A DNA stretch of 64,000 bases from Pelomyxa schiedti (taxonomy: Eukaryota; Protista; Evosea), in the NCBI GenBank assembly GCA_020536535.1, contig JAHLWZ010000301.1:1-64000 (forward strand). Direction: 5' to 3'. Positions within the stretch are counted from its first letter, which is position 1; every line of letters begins with the position of its first letter. Both the position numbers and the translations under genes were made by a program. Shown piece by piece: positions 27,286 to 41,827 of the stretch. The notes below the pieces were generated by a model, which saw only the letters and a program-made list of their open reading frames with translations, did not search any database and was not told the origin of the DNA.

Positions 27286-30200
27286 TCAAGGGTAATATTT
27301 GTGGTGCTGTTCACAGCGTTGTTGTAGTCTTTTTCTTATAAGAAGTTCCACCACACAGTTGATTTTTCCAACTTGGGAGAAGTTCTGAGCAAAATTGCCA
27401 GCAAGGGTTGTAATACCGAACTTTTTTCTGGGCCAGCAAGTTAGAACGTCATCAGCAGATGTGTTTCTGTTCTGGCTGAGGGGTTTTTACTTTCCTTAGA
27501 AAATGCAACCTTCCCTTTGCGTGGGAAAAGCTTCTTTTCACGGGTATAAAACAACACCAAAAGGTAGTAGCTCCTGTCAATTACATACTAAAATGTCACT
27601 CCTTTCTTTTTATTAATTAATGTATGGCTCCGGTAAAGGCACATATCAGCATGTTGATTGGAAGCGTGGCTGTCATAAAAGGGTATTAGTGAGAATGTGG
27701 GAGTGTGAACGTGAATAAGTGTGTGAACGGGAATGAGGCCGAGGGTAGGATGAGTCCTGTGAGGTGTTATCTGATGCTTCGCGAGTTGATTTGTGGTGTG
27801 TTTCATGGCTGGAATTGCTGCTGTCAGAGTCACTTCCGGATGATACTGTATCTGTGTGGTGGTGGTGATGGTTCCGTGTGCTGGGTGTTTGCTGCACGGT
27901 GCGTTCCAGAACAATGGGAGGATCGCTGTTGTGTCTGTGGCGATTCCTAGACTTGCTGTGATGACAAGAGTGCCCCTTGGGAGCCGATTCTCCCCCGCTT
28001 TGCCGGGGAGTGTTTGGTGTATATGAGTGCTCTCTGTGGTGGTGAGAGTGGCTGCTTTCTTGCTCGTGAGAGGTGTGATCGGTGTCCTTATCAGCGTGGG
28101 AATGGCGTGAAGGGCTCACTGGAGACTCTGTCCTTTCGGCAGAGCGGTGAGAGTTTGTGGGAGAAGAGCAAGAGGCCCCCTCGTGTTTTATAGGTGAAGA
28201 GGATCCACTGCCCTCCTGGTTGTGCCGGTTGTGGTGATGGTGGTGGCCTTGAGTCCCATCGGGGCTAGGACTCGATGGGGGGGAGGCGGGTTCTGGAGTT
28301 TGTGAGTGTTGTGTGGCGTTTGGTTGAGCTGTTGTATTTACAAAAACAGGTGGTGTTGATAATCTCCTTGGGCGGGGTACTGTCAAGGGACGAGGTGAAG
28401 TGGAGTGGGATTGGGTCCTGGGAGAGTTGAGTTGGTCTGCTGAAGCAAGTTGAAGAGGTAGAATCGGAGGTGACGTGGGAGGCTGTGTGGTGGCGGTTTT
28501 TTGCGGGGGTACTTTGATTGTAAAATGTGAAGATTCGGAGGGCTTTGTGGGAACTGCGAGATTTGAGGATCTGGGTGATAGGGATCCATCTCTTCTGAGT
28601 TTGGCACCTGAAATAGAGCTCGTTTTCAGAGGCAGAATATTGAAAAAGGACTTGAGGGATTTGGTACGGATCAAGCCCTGTGTGCTGGGCAGGGTGTGAG
28701 AGGGGTGGAAGTGATGGCATTACAGGTAGTGTGGGGAGAATAGGAGAGGATGGTGCAGTCTTAGGAGACTCACTGGATGTCGATCTAGGTGAAACTGGCG
28801 ATTGATTAGAGTGTGGAGCCGGCGAGGGGGGAGGGGTGGATCCAGATAAGTTGTCTTAAAATGATCAGGACTAATCTGGAAGGAAATACGAATGAAAACC
28901 TCTCAGGGCGGTGACGGCATCTAAAATGGTATTGTGATGGCATTCATCTATCTGCAAAATTTCGAAGTCAATTGGTTGAAGTCCACTCAGGGATAGTTTA
29001 TCATAAAACCTATGCCATATTATTTTTGTTTTCTCGGAAGGGGAAGATACCCCGCCGAAAGAAAATTGTTCAGGTATTGCCCTAAGCCAAGCTGGTCAAG
29101 CCAGGTTTTCACAAAATTGACTGGTGCACCAGTGATGGTTTCTAAAAGTGAAGATATTCGAAAGAAAAGAAAAAATACAGACCTGGTGGCGGTCTCAACT
29201 CACTTTTAAAAGTGCACATAACCAGATCTAAAAAGTTTAGAAACCCTTGAATAGCTTCCAGGCACTCGTCATTGTCAATATTTAGGTTGTGGTCTTCATC
29301 CCGAACAGTAACTAATTTCCAGCGATAGGAAAAGAGGGAAAAAAGCTTCTACTCAATGACTTAATAACTTCTGAAATAGGAGGTTGTAAAAACCTGCACT
29401 TGAGTAAGAGGCACACTGGTATCTTTTTCTCCATGCACGAGTAGAACAGGGCAGGTTATCATTCCTGCCAGCTTTTCATTATTAAATATTTCAGTGCTGA
29501 ATAAACTAGGGAAACTCGAGCGAAGGTGAGGAGCATGCTTCATGGCAGCCTGAAAACTTGTTAAGTGACCACAAATTCCTGAATGAGTACCAGAAGAATC
29601 AGCAGCAACTTTACAAGGGGCATCAAGTTTAACAGATTTTGGTAGCCATTTGCTTTCAAATCCCTTGTCAGATACTGCTGCAGCAACGTGGGAAGCAGGC
29701 CCTGACCCCATGCCCTTTCCCATTCTGCGATGCTTTAAGGAAATGTATTTCGCGGAGGATCAAACATTATAATTCGCAGTCTTGGTTTCAAGGTAGCCAA
29801 GAACATGTAGGCTGCACATGCATCTTGGTAGCATGCTGCTTCTGATGGTACCCCAATATGATGTCCATATCCAGTATACTCAAAAGCACAACAGTCAACC
29901 TAAAAAGGAGAAAACCAGGTCAAGGAAACTTTAAACCCTGTTTTGTGCATACATGAAGGATTTGAACCATTATTTTGAGCCAAGACTGAATGAGACACAA
30001 ATCCTCATTTGTATCCATACAGTACAGAATAGTAAATGCAGATTTCCTGTGTATCATGTCAGGCGAAACTAGTGACAAGAAGACAAGTAACTCTGATGGA
30101 TTCTCTTTATTGACATAGGAGAAATACACATATGGCATTGGAGGCTCCGCAGATCCGCGGCTTAGCCATCGCAATTCATGCAACCAAGGTGACCCAGTTG

Positions 30201-30906
30201 GAGGAAAGAAAACCAAGCTCTATAATATAGTTCTAAGATACAGAGGGAGTAAATGTTTTTGCATACTTCCTTTGAGGGCCGTGCACTTAGGGGCTGAAAA
30301 TCGGATGTAGATAGAGGTTTAAAATCTAGCTGTTTTCTTGGTTATGCGAAATTAGGAAACAGAGGGACCAAACATGGTACTCCTGCCCAGCGTCGAAAAC
30401 TGTTGCCATTTGTGTCTCACGAGAAACGGCAACGGCATCCTTATAAAGCGCACACGCACTAGCCACCACCCCAAGCTTATGGGAGACGTGATCCATAATC
30501 TGTTAGGATCGATCTTAGTACCGTTTCCCAATCAACCCAAGGGGAAAGGAAGATAAGCAACCTTTGAGATGCCGAATGTGTTTGGCACCACAAATTTCAT
30601 GTCAGGCTGGCCCAACTGGGTCAGTGAGATTACCAATGTACAGCACTCCCCTGCGGCCTTTTCAGTCTTCTTATCACTTCTACTTGTGGGGCTGTTTCTG
30701 TCGCCGTTGTTGCTGTTATTGCCATTGTCATTGCTATTTACGGTGGTACTGCTAGCAGTGTCCCCTGCGTCGTCGACGTTGCTTCCTTCGTCGTTTGTCT
30801 TGGGGGAGGCTGTGGTCGTGGTTGTGGTGGTAGTATCTGGGTCGTCGGGGTCGCCATCTACACTACCACTTACACTCGTTGTAGTGGTAGTGCTGGTGCT
30901 GGTCAT
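27286..30906 (-). CDS. ABHD17-like alpha/beta hydrolase (apparently inactive) + SAM domain + long S/H/P-rich region
   Basis: LVFFPP, FEYTGYG, PSEAACYQD, IIMGKGMGSGP, CPVLLVHGEKD; SAM segment VKTWLDQLGLGQYLNNFLSAGFYD. The C-terminal exons are approximate. Confidence 0.75.
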
Positions 30907-31456
30907 TGTTTGTTTTTTTTTTCAGGTTTGTTTCGAAGAATTTCGGGTAAAACCTGTCAGTTTTTCGTACGAACAGTTCGGTGCTGCTGTGGGTTTTGGT
31001 GAAGGGTGGTGCAGGTGTGGGAACACCTCTTTGGCCTCGTTCTTTTCCATGTCTCTAACAAAGTTTGGCGCCAACTTAACGGCGTTGTGAGTTGAGAGGA
31101 AAACCAAAAAACAGATGGATGTATTTTAAAAAGTGTTGGTATCTGCTTGTTGAAGGGTTGGTTTATTTGGGTGTTTTCAAACTCTTGGTAAGGAGGAGGT
31201 GAACCGCAGAAAACAGTTTCACAGTCAATCTCGCGGATTCTAATAAAAGCCGGAGTGTACCTTTCGTAGGTGGAATAAATGTGCAGGTAAGTACCACACG
31301 TTCAGATAGTGTAAAAAAAATCCCAGGCCGAAAAAAAAAGGGCGCCGGGGTTTTATGGCAGAAGTAGGCAAAAGCCACCCAACAAGAAATAAAAAGATCT
31401 AACATCTTATATAGCCAAAATCGTATAAATAAACAAGTTCAAGACAACAACCAACC

Positions 31457-34400
31457 ATGGGAGGTACCAAGACATTGAATCTAGTTGGCATAGTATGCGT
31501 CTGCGTGGTATTAGGTAAGATCTAGGTGTTGTGAAAAGCTTGTACTCACCTCGGTTACAAGGAGTTCACTTTGTTTCCAGTGAAACATCCACCTGCGGTA
31601 TTCGTTGTTGGCTCGAAAGCCTTGTAATTGTTCTTCCTGATCAAGAGCTCGAATTCAACTACACAGTGGCGCGAGTACAGCACGAAGTAAGATTAAACAT
31701 GACTTCATTCTATTGCGGTTTGTCTGCTATTGGCCCGGTTTCTTCAGCAGTTTCCTCTCCTCTGTCTGAATTGGAACTATCTATGGCCCTCAACAACGTT
31801 AGTGCGGGGTGCAGCTTTGATTGGAATATGACCAACACACATAATGGAAAGACTACAGAAGAGTCTGGAAAAGGTGTAGTGAGTATACTCGATTTCGCCA
31901 CTAAGCTATGCTTGACTCTCACTCGGCCAATGGGTGAATGCTCTCACGCTCTTATTGCCGGTGTAAAGGAATGTAATGCCACAGCCCAGAATTTCACGTT
32001 CAATCTGCACTCGGGTGACAGTGGGGCAAATCCAGAGATAACAGAAATGAGAGACACACTGCGGGGAATTATGGGGCAACAACTCAGTGTGTGCAACATA
32101 ATAACACTCCTTGTATCATCAAATGTGACAGCTGAGTATGCCAAAATTCACGAAAGACTGCAAGATGCGGCAGCTCCGCGACCTCCCCCGGATATCCCGA
32201 TGCCAGGTGGTGACGTGATGGACCTGAATACAAGCCCCTTCTTGAATGCATTAGAATACATAGCAAATGACTTCGTGGGTACCGATGGAACCCTGGGGCT
32301 GAATACAATATTTACATCGATGACTAATGGCACAGGTACTAAGTGACATGCTTTCACATGTTTAATTCTATGAAAGGTGTGTTGAATATGACAAATGTAT
32401 CACTTGCGTTCAACGTGAGTATTCCACAAATTGGTACAATATTTCTCGCAATCCCGCATATTTGGGTGTGGGGACTGGATACCTGGACTTTGTTCGATAT
32501 TCTTGAGCCTACATCCGTAATAGAACTACAGTCAGTTGCAGCATTGCAGATGTTTGGTGTCGGCGTTGATTTTGAAATGACTCTCGTTGTGGAGAACTCT
32601 ACATGGCTCATAAACCCATATCCGCTAGAGGAGAGATTCAGAGTATCATTTGACATGTCAAATATGAATATGTCCTCTCTGGTGAATGTTGCCGTATATC
32701 TCAGTCAAGCTGAAAACTATACGAATATGCAATGCCGGGATATTGGGTGCATATTGAATCTCTTCAGTCCAAATCAAACTGCAATCTCACAAATGGCCTT
32801 CAATCTTTCCGTTCTTGATGCTGCTGTGACTATTGAAAGTGCTGGGGATGAAGACATCGATAAATTAGTGAATGACTTCCTCTCGTTCTTCATAGATTCA
32901 GTTGTGGACTGTGCACCTCCAATCGTAGAGGGCGTTGTTGCAGGGCCGGTTCTTCAAATAGTTAATGGCGTACTGAACAAAGTGCTTTCTGAGGCGCAAT
33001 GTGAGTATACACCAGATGAAAAGGATAGCATGGAAGTGGCAAACAAGCCTTCCACATTCCTTTCTCTTATGGGAGCTATAGCTGCATCAGCAGTATTGTT
33101 ATGTGCCGGAATCATCATAAGAAGGAAGGTAAAGCGGCAGGCCAGGGATATTCCTGAGTCAGCGCCGTACAAGGCTCCAGCAACAGAGGAAAAGGCACCA
33201 TTAATACCTGGTCCCTCGGATAAGGCTGAAAAAACAGACCCAGCTGAACCTAGTGATCAGCTTACAATGTGTTTGTTTTTTCATCCAAAATTGCCAGCAG
33301 TTGTACGATATGCAGTACCAGCAATTATTCTTATTTCCATGGCTCTATTCGTCTCTTCCAATACCTCGGGAGGGGCCGAGGTTTTCTTAGTTGTGCTTAC
33401 TGGAACTGGACGCATTGTTTCGTTTGACTCGCTTTTCATTTTTACTCTGGCAAATAGTGTTCGCGTATGTGCCGGTTTAATTTTCATTGGAAATCTCATC
33501 AAATCAGGACATGTGGGAAGCTGGGATTTGGCCGCTGTCTTTACTGATTGCAATATTTTCGGGAGGGTGGCCGTATCTCAAGTTACTGTTAATGCTTTGT
33601 GCCTGGGTTGTCCCGGTACAGATACTGTCAGTCCGGCGCAGAGAATTGGGACTAATGATACTAGGTAAGAAATTGAAAGAAAATTTGTGACTAATGTGAA
33701 AAGATGCACTTGGCAAGTGGTCACTCATTGACTCTTACGTTATGATATTGATGGTGGTGGCGTTTCATCTCACCATCGAATTCCCTGCATACGACACTGG
33801 AAACTATACCCCATCTGGAAGTTTTGCTATTGATATTGTGGTGGAACCTCTTTATGGCTTCACTTTGTTTCTCTTGGCAACTGTTATATCGCTCACATTA
33901 TCACATGTCATCGTGGCTCTTCATAGATACTGTGACGGCACAGGAGTAACTAATGTGGATGGGGATATATCACAACCAGAAAAGCAGAAACGTCGTGCAC
34001 TCTGTGCAACTGCTCTTCCAAACTCAAGAACGTGTGGAAAAGTTCTATTTGCCATGCTGATTGGAGTTCTACTCGTCTTTGCTGTAATTCTTCTTGGATT
34101 GGGAATTCTTACACCCTCTTTCGAGTTCGTTTTTGGAGGTGCTGTTGGTTGGCTTCTGAAAGAAATTGGGCAGCCTACATCGACCTCGTACTCTGTTTTC
34201 TCTCTGGCTTATGCACTTCCACGTAGTACTTGCGGTGTTGCATTACTATCTGTTCGTGCAGTGCAGCTTATGTTCGTTTTAACATCCATTGTGGCCCCAG
34301 CGGCACTACTGCTATCACTTGCAGTGCTATGGTTTATCCCAATGAAAGAGCCCACACAAAAGAGGTGGTATACACTATGCGAGGTCTTGAATGCATGGTC

Positions 34401-34723
34401 TGCCTTGGAGGTTGAGAATATCTAATTCCCACTTTATCCCTCACTCACGACAGGTTTTCGTTGTGTCAATCATTGCAGCCATACTTGAGATTGAACAATT
34501 TGCTCAGTTTATTGTGGAGGAGCCTTGTGCAGGCGTGAACATGATCTTGAATAACCGCATCGGCGAAGGTGCTACTTGCTTCGACGTACAAGCGAAATTG
34601 CTCATGGGTTGTTGGCTACTGTTTGGCGCCTCCGTTGTTTATATTGTCACTGCTATTATCGTTATGAGGTTGTGTCACGCTGCTCTGATGGAACCAGGAA
34701 AAGGAAGGACGGCAGTCAACTAG
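31457..34723 (+). CDS. Polytopic membrane protein with two PqiA (paraquat-inducible protein A)-type units and a large N-terminal ectodomain
   Basis: Signal peptide; Cys- and N-glycosylation-rich ectodomain; TM; LLIAIFSGGWPYLKL...LGKWSLIDSYV and LNAWSALEVFVV match the PqiA WSxxDVF motif. Confidence 0.8.
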
Positions 34724-34959
34724 GCGCCCCCACACCCCAAAAATATGTAACGGTAGTGTTTTCTTATTCAAAAAATAATCCAGTTTTTCCTGTTTTACTT
34801 GTCTTCTTATTTTTGGTCGTGTTGTGATTTCGAAGCTGGGCTTTCATTGTATCCCTCGCAACACTGGTGGTTTGATGACAGAGCAGAAACAATTTTGGTT
34901 TCTGCAGTTCTTCCCAGAACACAAAAGAAAAGCACTAGAAACCGTTGAAGAGGCACGAC

Positions 34960-37900
34960 ATGGCCGGTACCCTTTATGTCACTGTCATCTCCGCCTCCGA
35001 TTTAATTGCAAAGGGTATACCTCTTTCATTATCGCCATTGGTTTTTTTTTTAATAAAATCCCAGACGTTGTTAGCAAGACTTCTGACCCTTATGTCCAAA
35101 TACGATACACGGACGAATCCGGAAAATCCCATAAGGTGGAAACTAAAGCGATAAAAAACACTCTCGAGCCCAAATGGAACGAGGAGTTTGAACTTAAGCT
35201 TGGCGCCCCTAAAAAACAACCTTGGGTGGAATTTAGGGTTTATGATAAAGACCTTGTTCTGGATGGTGAGCATTTAGGGGTCCCTGTAATAGTCTCATAA
35301 TATTATTACACTTTTAGGTTATAAACTCTGATTCACATCACCCTTTTCTCTCAGATTTGCTTGGTCGGTTCCCTCTGGATACCTCCACTCTAGCTCAAGG
35401 AACAACAACTGAAACCACTCATAAACTGGTCGGTTCTGACCACGGCTCCCTCACTTTACGAATGTGTTTTGTGAGTGCTTCATCCACACCTGCAAGTGCA
35501 GCAGCATTTGCTGCCTCAGGACATGCAATGATGCAATATGATGTCACCTTTCTTACAGCGGATGAGGAAGGAGCGGGAATGACATCACAGAAGGTGCGTG
35601 TGCAACTAATTGGTTCTGGTGCCGCTGCGGCGCCACCTCCCATGGAAGTGGAGTCAAAAGATGGCTTCCCTCGTGGCTCTTCCAAAACTTTTCGGGTACG
35701 GTGTCGTGACCCTGGAGTGATAACACGCATACATGTGGAGCGGCAGCCTGAAATGGGAAAGAATGATGGATGGAAACTAGAGAGAGTGGTAATTGCTCCA
35801 CTCACACTCTCTGGGGAGCCGGGTGCACAAATGGGCTTTGCAATTGGAAAACTGTTAAATGACAAACAAAGAGTTGCTGAAGCTGGGTATGCTTTTTCCC
35901 ATTACTAAATCGAAGACAAACCCTCTTTAAAGAACAGATTCTTCAGCTGCTGCAGCCAAGGCACTCGTACTGGCTGGGGATGTTACGTACATTATTCGCA
36001 CAAAAACTGGAGACCGCAGAGGAGCCGCTACAACAGCACGTGTTACATGCGTACTGGTTGGAGCTAAATTAACTTCTCCTTCCCTTGTTTTGGAGAGTCC
36101 TGCTGAAACATTATTTTCTCGCGGTCATGACGACTTATTCCGTGTGGTGTGTAAACACGTCGGTGACTTGCAGAACGTGAAGATATCTATCTCACAAACT
36201 GATCCTCCTTCTCCTTGGTTTTTGGAGAAAATTTCAGTGCGATGTGTAGAAACACCAGCAATCAGTGAACAGTTTTTCTTTTGCAATGACTGGCTGGGTG
36301 GAACAGCCCCATGTGAGAGGGAACTGGCAATGAGTGAGCATGACTCCACTGAGCCAGGATCACTGTCGAAAAGGTACCGTGTATCAATAAAAACTGGAGA
36401 CAGACGTGGTGCAGGTTGGTAACAAAACTCATTTCCTTACTCTAATATCCTACCAGGGACTGATGCCAATGTCTCTATCGTTGTGTACGGTGAGAAAGGG
36501 GAAAGTGGCACAAAAAAGCTGGAAAAGCCAGGTAACTGTTTTGAGAGAAACAAGATAGATGAATTTGGATTTGAGTGTCAAGACTTGGGGCATCTTCAAC
36601 GGGTTGTGATAGGACAAGATGGGAAGGGTCTGAGTAGCTCCTGGTTCCTTGAGCATGTAACTGTGAAGGAAGAGGACAGTGTAAAGACTTGGTTCTTCCC
36701 TTGTGGAAGATGGCTAGCACATGATATGGAAGATGGTTTGATTGAACGACAACTTCTTGCAGCTTCTGAAGACTCAAAGTGGAGTTGTGCTGCTTTGAGG
36801 CACTACCGAATAACAACAGTCACTGCCGATAAACGTGGTGCTGGCACCGATGCCAATGTCTACATAAATATTCATGGTGAAAATGGTGATAGTGGTGTTC
36901 GCTCTTTAGATGCACCTGGAAACACCTTTGAGCGTGGAAAATCAGATGATTTTGGCGTTGAATGTGTTGATTTAGGGAAAATTGTTCAAATAACCATTGG
37001 GCATGACAATAAAGGTGTTGGCCCTGACTGGTTTTTAGACAAAGTGATCATACACGAAGAAGAGACCAATTTAACCTATTACTTCCTCTGTGGACACTGG
37101 TTATCAAAAACTAAAGAAGACAAGCTCATAGAAAGATTGATCCCAGCTTCAGCTAATGATGGCATTACATCACAACCATGGCACAGATATAGGATCACAA
37201 CAGTAACCGGGAACCGCCGCGGTGCTGGCACTGACTCCCATGTTTTCATTGATATCCACGGCTACAAGGGGACTAGCGGAGAAAAGAGATTAGATGCAGC
37301 AGGCAATCTCTTTGAGCGTGGAAGCACAAATACTTTTGGTGTGGAATGTGATTACCTGGGGGAACTTAAGTCTCTCAAGATTTGGCATGACGACTCCGGT
37401 ATTAGCGCAGGATGGTTCTTGGACAAGGTCTGTAGGTCCTCTCTAACTGTCACTGCAATAACTCGCGCAAGGTCATCATTGAAGAAGAAGTTGCACACGG
37501 GAAGAAGTGGTGGTTCCTGTGTGGCCAATGGTTGGATAAAAATGAAGGCGATCATGAAATCTCCAGGGAACTTGCTCCGTTGCCTCAAGATGGCGAATCT
37601 TGTTCTCCACTAAGAACGTACATAATTAGCGTACATACTGGAAACAGAAGAGGAGCCGGAACAAATGCTAATGTTTTCTTGGAAATATTTGGCGCCAAAG
37701 GAACTTCTGAAAAGCGAAAACTTGACGCAAAGGGAAACCTCTTTGAAAGGAACAGGGTGGATAATTTCCAGTTTGAATGTGTAGACTTGGGAGAGCTGCA
37801 GAAAATTGTTATTGGACATGACAACTCTGGAGTAAATTCTGCTTGGTTCCTTGATAAGGTACAATTACTAAATACAGTCGAGTTGTACTAACCCATATAG

Positions 37901-39826
37901 GTCGTTGTTCGCGAACACGATTCTGGGAAGATTTGGCACTTCCCCTGTGGACACTGGTTTGCACGTGATGAAGAGGACCACTTCATTGAACGTGAACTTC
38001 CAGCTAGTCTGAGTGATGTTAATGCCTCCAAGCCTCTGAAGCAATACGAAGTTACCGTTGTAACTGGTGATCGGAGAGGGGCTGGAACTGATGCAAGAGT
38101 GTTTATTGAATTGATTGGTGAGGGTGGCAAAGTCAATAGCGGAAAGAGATATTTGGAGGGCAGGAGCAAATTCACTCGGAACAGCTCAAATAAATTCGAA
38201 GTGGAAAGTGAAGACCTTGGGGAACTGCATAAGGTTATTGTTGGACATGACAACAGTGGAGTGAATGCTGGGTGGTTCCTTGACAAAGTCATTGTAACCG
38301 AAATGCTGAAAGGTGGCAAACAGTGGTACTTTTTATGTGGAAGATGGCTAGCAGATGATGAAGATGATCGACAAACAGTTCGAGAGTTGCCATCTAGAAA
38401 CGAAGACGGAGTGGCCTCTGCTCCTTTAAAGCATTATGTTGTCAGCACGGTGACTGGAAAGTGCCGTGGTGCTGGCACAGATGCACATGTTCACACTACC
38501 CTACATGGAAGCTTGGGCTCTTCCTCGAAGCGATGGTTGGATGGAAGAAGCGGCTGCTTCGAGCGTGGCAAAGTTGATAAGTTTGGGGTGGAATGTGTTG
38601 ACTTGGGGGCAATCAAAAAAATAACTATAGGCCACGATAATTCCGGATTTGCTGCTGCTTGGTTTTTAGAAAAAGTCCTAGTTGCAGAAGAAGGAGAGGA
38701 TACTGCAGTTACCTCATTTAATTGTAACCAGTGGTTCTCTCTTCATGAAAGTGATCACCTTATTGAGCGCGATATTAGTACCACCACACCCGCTGGGGCT
38801 GATATTGTACGCATCCAACAAGCATCATTCCTAACAAAGACCTCATCTCTCTTCTTATAGATGCGATACATAATAGAAGTACAAACAGGCGACTGCCGCG
38901 GAGCTGGTACCGATGCTAATGTCTATATCCATTTGTTTGGAAAATTGGGCGACTCTGGTGTATACTGGCTTCCTGGGAAACGAAAATCTTTTGAAAGGTC
39001 CAGCAAGGATATGTTTGTTTTTGAGTGCTATGAATTGGGCCCGCTTCTGTCGATGCGGGTTGGCCACGACTCAAAAGGCCTCAATTCTGGTACCATTTCA
39101 TGCTGTTTTTCAACCAACCTTACTTAAACTTGGGTTCTAGCATGGTTCTTGGACAAAATTATTGTCACTAAGGAGAAAGAAGAAGGGCACCCACTGGAGA
39201 AATTCTATTTCGTCTGTGGAAAGTGGTTTGACAAGTCTCAAGGTGATAGACAGACTGAGCGTCAGATAATGGCTTCCACTGAGGATGGTGTTCCAAGTCT
39301 TCCCTATCTCCCATTTCAAGTTTGTAGACCCGCAACAAAAACCAAAACAAACAGCACAATTAAATTTCCACCCCGCTGAAATTCCACCTAGATTTCTGTT
39401 GTAACTGGGCATGTGCCGGATGCCGGCACTGACGCCAATGTCTACGTTGAAATTTACGGAACTCCGGATGAAATTAGCAGCGGCGCCTGTGTGTTGACTG
39501 GAAAGGGTAATTTGTTTGAGAAAGGACAGACTGACAACTTCACTCTGGAATTGCCTGACATTGGTGCACTCTCCAAACTCCGCATCTGGCACGACAATTC
39601 CGTAAGTAGAAAGTTAATTTCAAAAATTGCGTCGCACCCAATTCAACTGAGATTTAAATTTGCATTACTCAACACAACAACATAGGGGCCTGGTCCTGGA
39701 TGGTACTTGGAGAGTGTAACAATCACAGTGGGTGACAGGCCACCTGTGAGGTTCCCTTGCAATCATTGGCTGGACAAGAAACGCGAAGATGGCGCCATAT
39801 CACGGATTCTAACTCCTCTATCCTGA
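34960..39826 (+). CDS. C2 domain + about 10 PLAT/LH2 repeats (LOXHD1-like)
   Basis: C2: LYVTVISASDL...SDPYVQI...NTLEPKWNEEF. Ten repeats of Y.I...TGDRRGAGTDANV...GHDNSG...WFLDKV...F.CGRWL. Confidence 0.9.
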
Positions 39827-40298
39827 GAGGGCAAAGATCTATGGAAAAGAAAAAGAAAAATTATCCCAATCTTCTATCCCGGTTAGCACCCTACCCCAAA
39901 CAACCGGCAACTCACGTAAAGAAAAAGTAAACGACCCTCGGTGGGTCATCACCGTAAAAAGTTTTACCCGAAACTCACCTTTGGAAAAGGAAAAGGACCA
40001 AAAAGCCAAGATCTTTTAAACAAACAATAAAACGGTAAAATTAATGGCGGCGAGTCGTGCGGTTGGTTTTCTTGTCGTTGTTGTTTAGCGTGTTTGCTCG
40101 TGTGGTCTTTGTCGAAGCCTTTTTTTTTGAGTTATTTCTGATCTATTTTTTTCCCATTGTCGGTAGATAATACGTGTGTATCTTTGCGATGCGAGTTTTA
40201 AGTCACTCCCGCTGAGTTCTACTTCTACGTTGAGTACGTAATCAAAAATGCACTTTTTTTTTCAACTCCCTCTCACAAACGTGGTTGCAGAAGAAATG

Positions 40299-41694
40299 CA
40301 TGAGTTATGTTATGCCAAATTCAAAACCACTTTAAAGGATATTAAAGAACCCCATCTATATCACGTGTACGAATACCACGACGACGCAAAAGGTAAAGAT
40401 TTCCTTTGATTCATAGCACCACTTTATCGTTGACCCAGCTGCCAAAATTATGTAGAAGTAGATCTTAGTCTCATTCCAGAAGATCGAATACCGTTAAAAC
40501 TCATGGAATCCTGGCCAAAAAGCGGGGACCACAAATTCGTGTTTAAAACGGAGCAAGAAGTGTTACAACTAGGCGGATTCAAAACACCAACAAAAAAACG
40601 AGCAGTGGCAAGCCCAAAATTATCAGCACTCAAATGTACAGTTGATCCGGTATCCCTCCCCTAGCCTATTGGTTTTTAACTTTATGGAGGCAGGCGGCAG
40701 ATAGGAAAAGAAGTGTACAGGAAAAAAGAATTCAAGTGTGCTGGCAATTTCCATCAATTCAAAATGTGTTAATTATTTGTAGAGAGTGATGAGTTGGGTA
40801 AATTCCAAACTTGGTGCAAGACGGATTTCTGTCACGAATATTAAAACTGATTTTTCTTCCGGTGTTGGTATGCACACGAAAACTGCTATTTTCTCTCATT
40901 CAAGCGCAAATAGTATTTATATTCTTGGTTGAGGAATTAAGTAGTGCACCACTTGGTGGTTGTCACCACCTCTTTCCTGCAGATAACAACCAAATGATAG
41001 AAAATATAAAATGTGTAAGACTCCATTTGAGATTCCCAAATATCCATTAAACAGTGCCTAGGTAATAGACTACTTGAGTAAAAATGGTTGTTCTAATGCA
41101 ACAACTTGCACCATTAAAGGTCAGCCAGCCACTTATAGCAACACTTTCGCAACTTCTCTCACTTCCCTAGACATACAATCCGGAAATGCTATGACAATTC
41201 TGAAGTTACTTGGTCTGATAGCCATGCACTTTCGAACAACCACCCCACTAAACACAGTCCAGCGGGCGGATTTATCTGCACTGGAATTACAACTAGCTTT
41301 AGTGGCACCTCCACCCCCGCTTCCCCCACCGGGTCAACACACACAACCAACAGCTACAACTCCGGCACAAGCGCACACAACCACCAACACACCAACACGG
41401 CACCAATGGGTCTCTGTTAGACCCACACCAACTCCGTCATCCGAATTTTCGCCATCACCATCCGATTACACCGCAACCACAACCGCAACCACCTCAACAA
41501 ATACAACAACGCCATCCACTCCGGAACTATCCGCATACAGCAACCCCAACCAGAGCAACAACGGAACCGCATCCACATACACTCCAAGCGACGATTCACC
41601 GTATTCCGTACCCACAAACACTAGCCAGCCTCCTTTCTTAGACCTGGCTTACTCTGAATTCGACTATTCCCAGATAGTGTATAACGACCACTGA
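40299..41694 (+). CDS. Hypothetical spliced protein with T/P/S-rich C-terminus
   Basis: Several GT-AG-flanked open segments and a terminal 206-aa ORF; no family recognised and the start is uncertain. Confidence 0.35.
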
Positions 41695-41827
41695 GATGGA
41701 ACTTTTGCAAACCGGTTTTTTTTTCTTTTTGTTAGGTTTTTCCCATCTCGTTTGTCGAAGTGCTACGAAATTTCGCTTCTTTCGGCAGTTACAACAACAA
41801 AAAAAACAAAACAGATCAAACTCAAAG

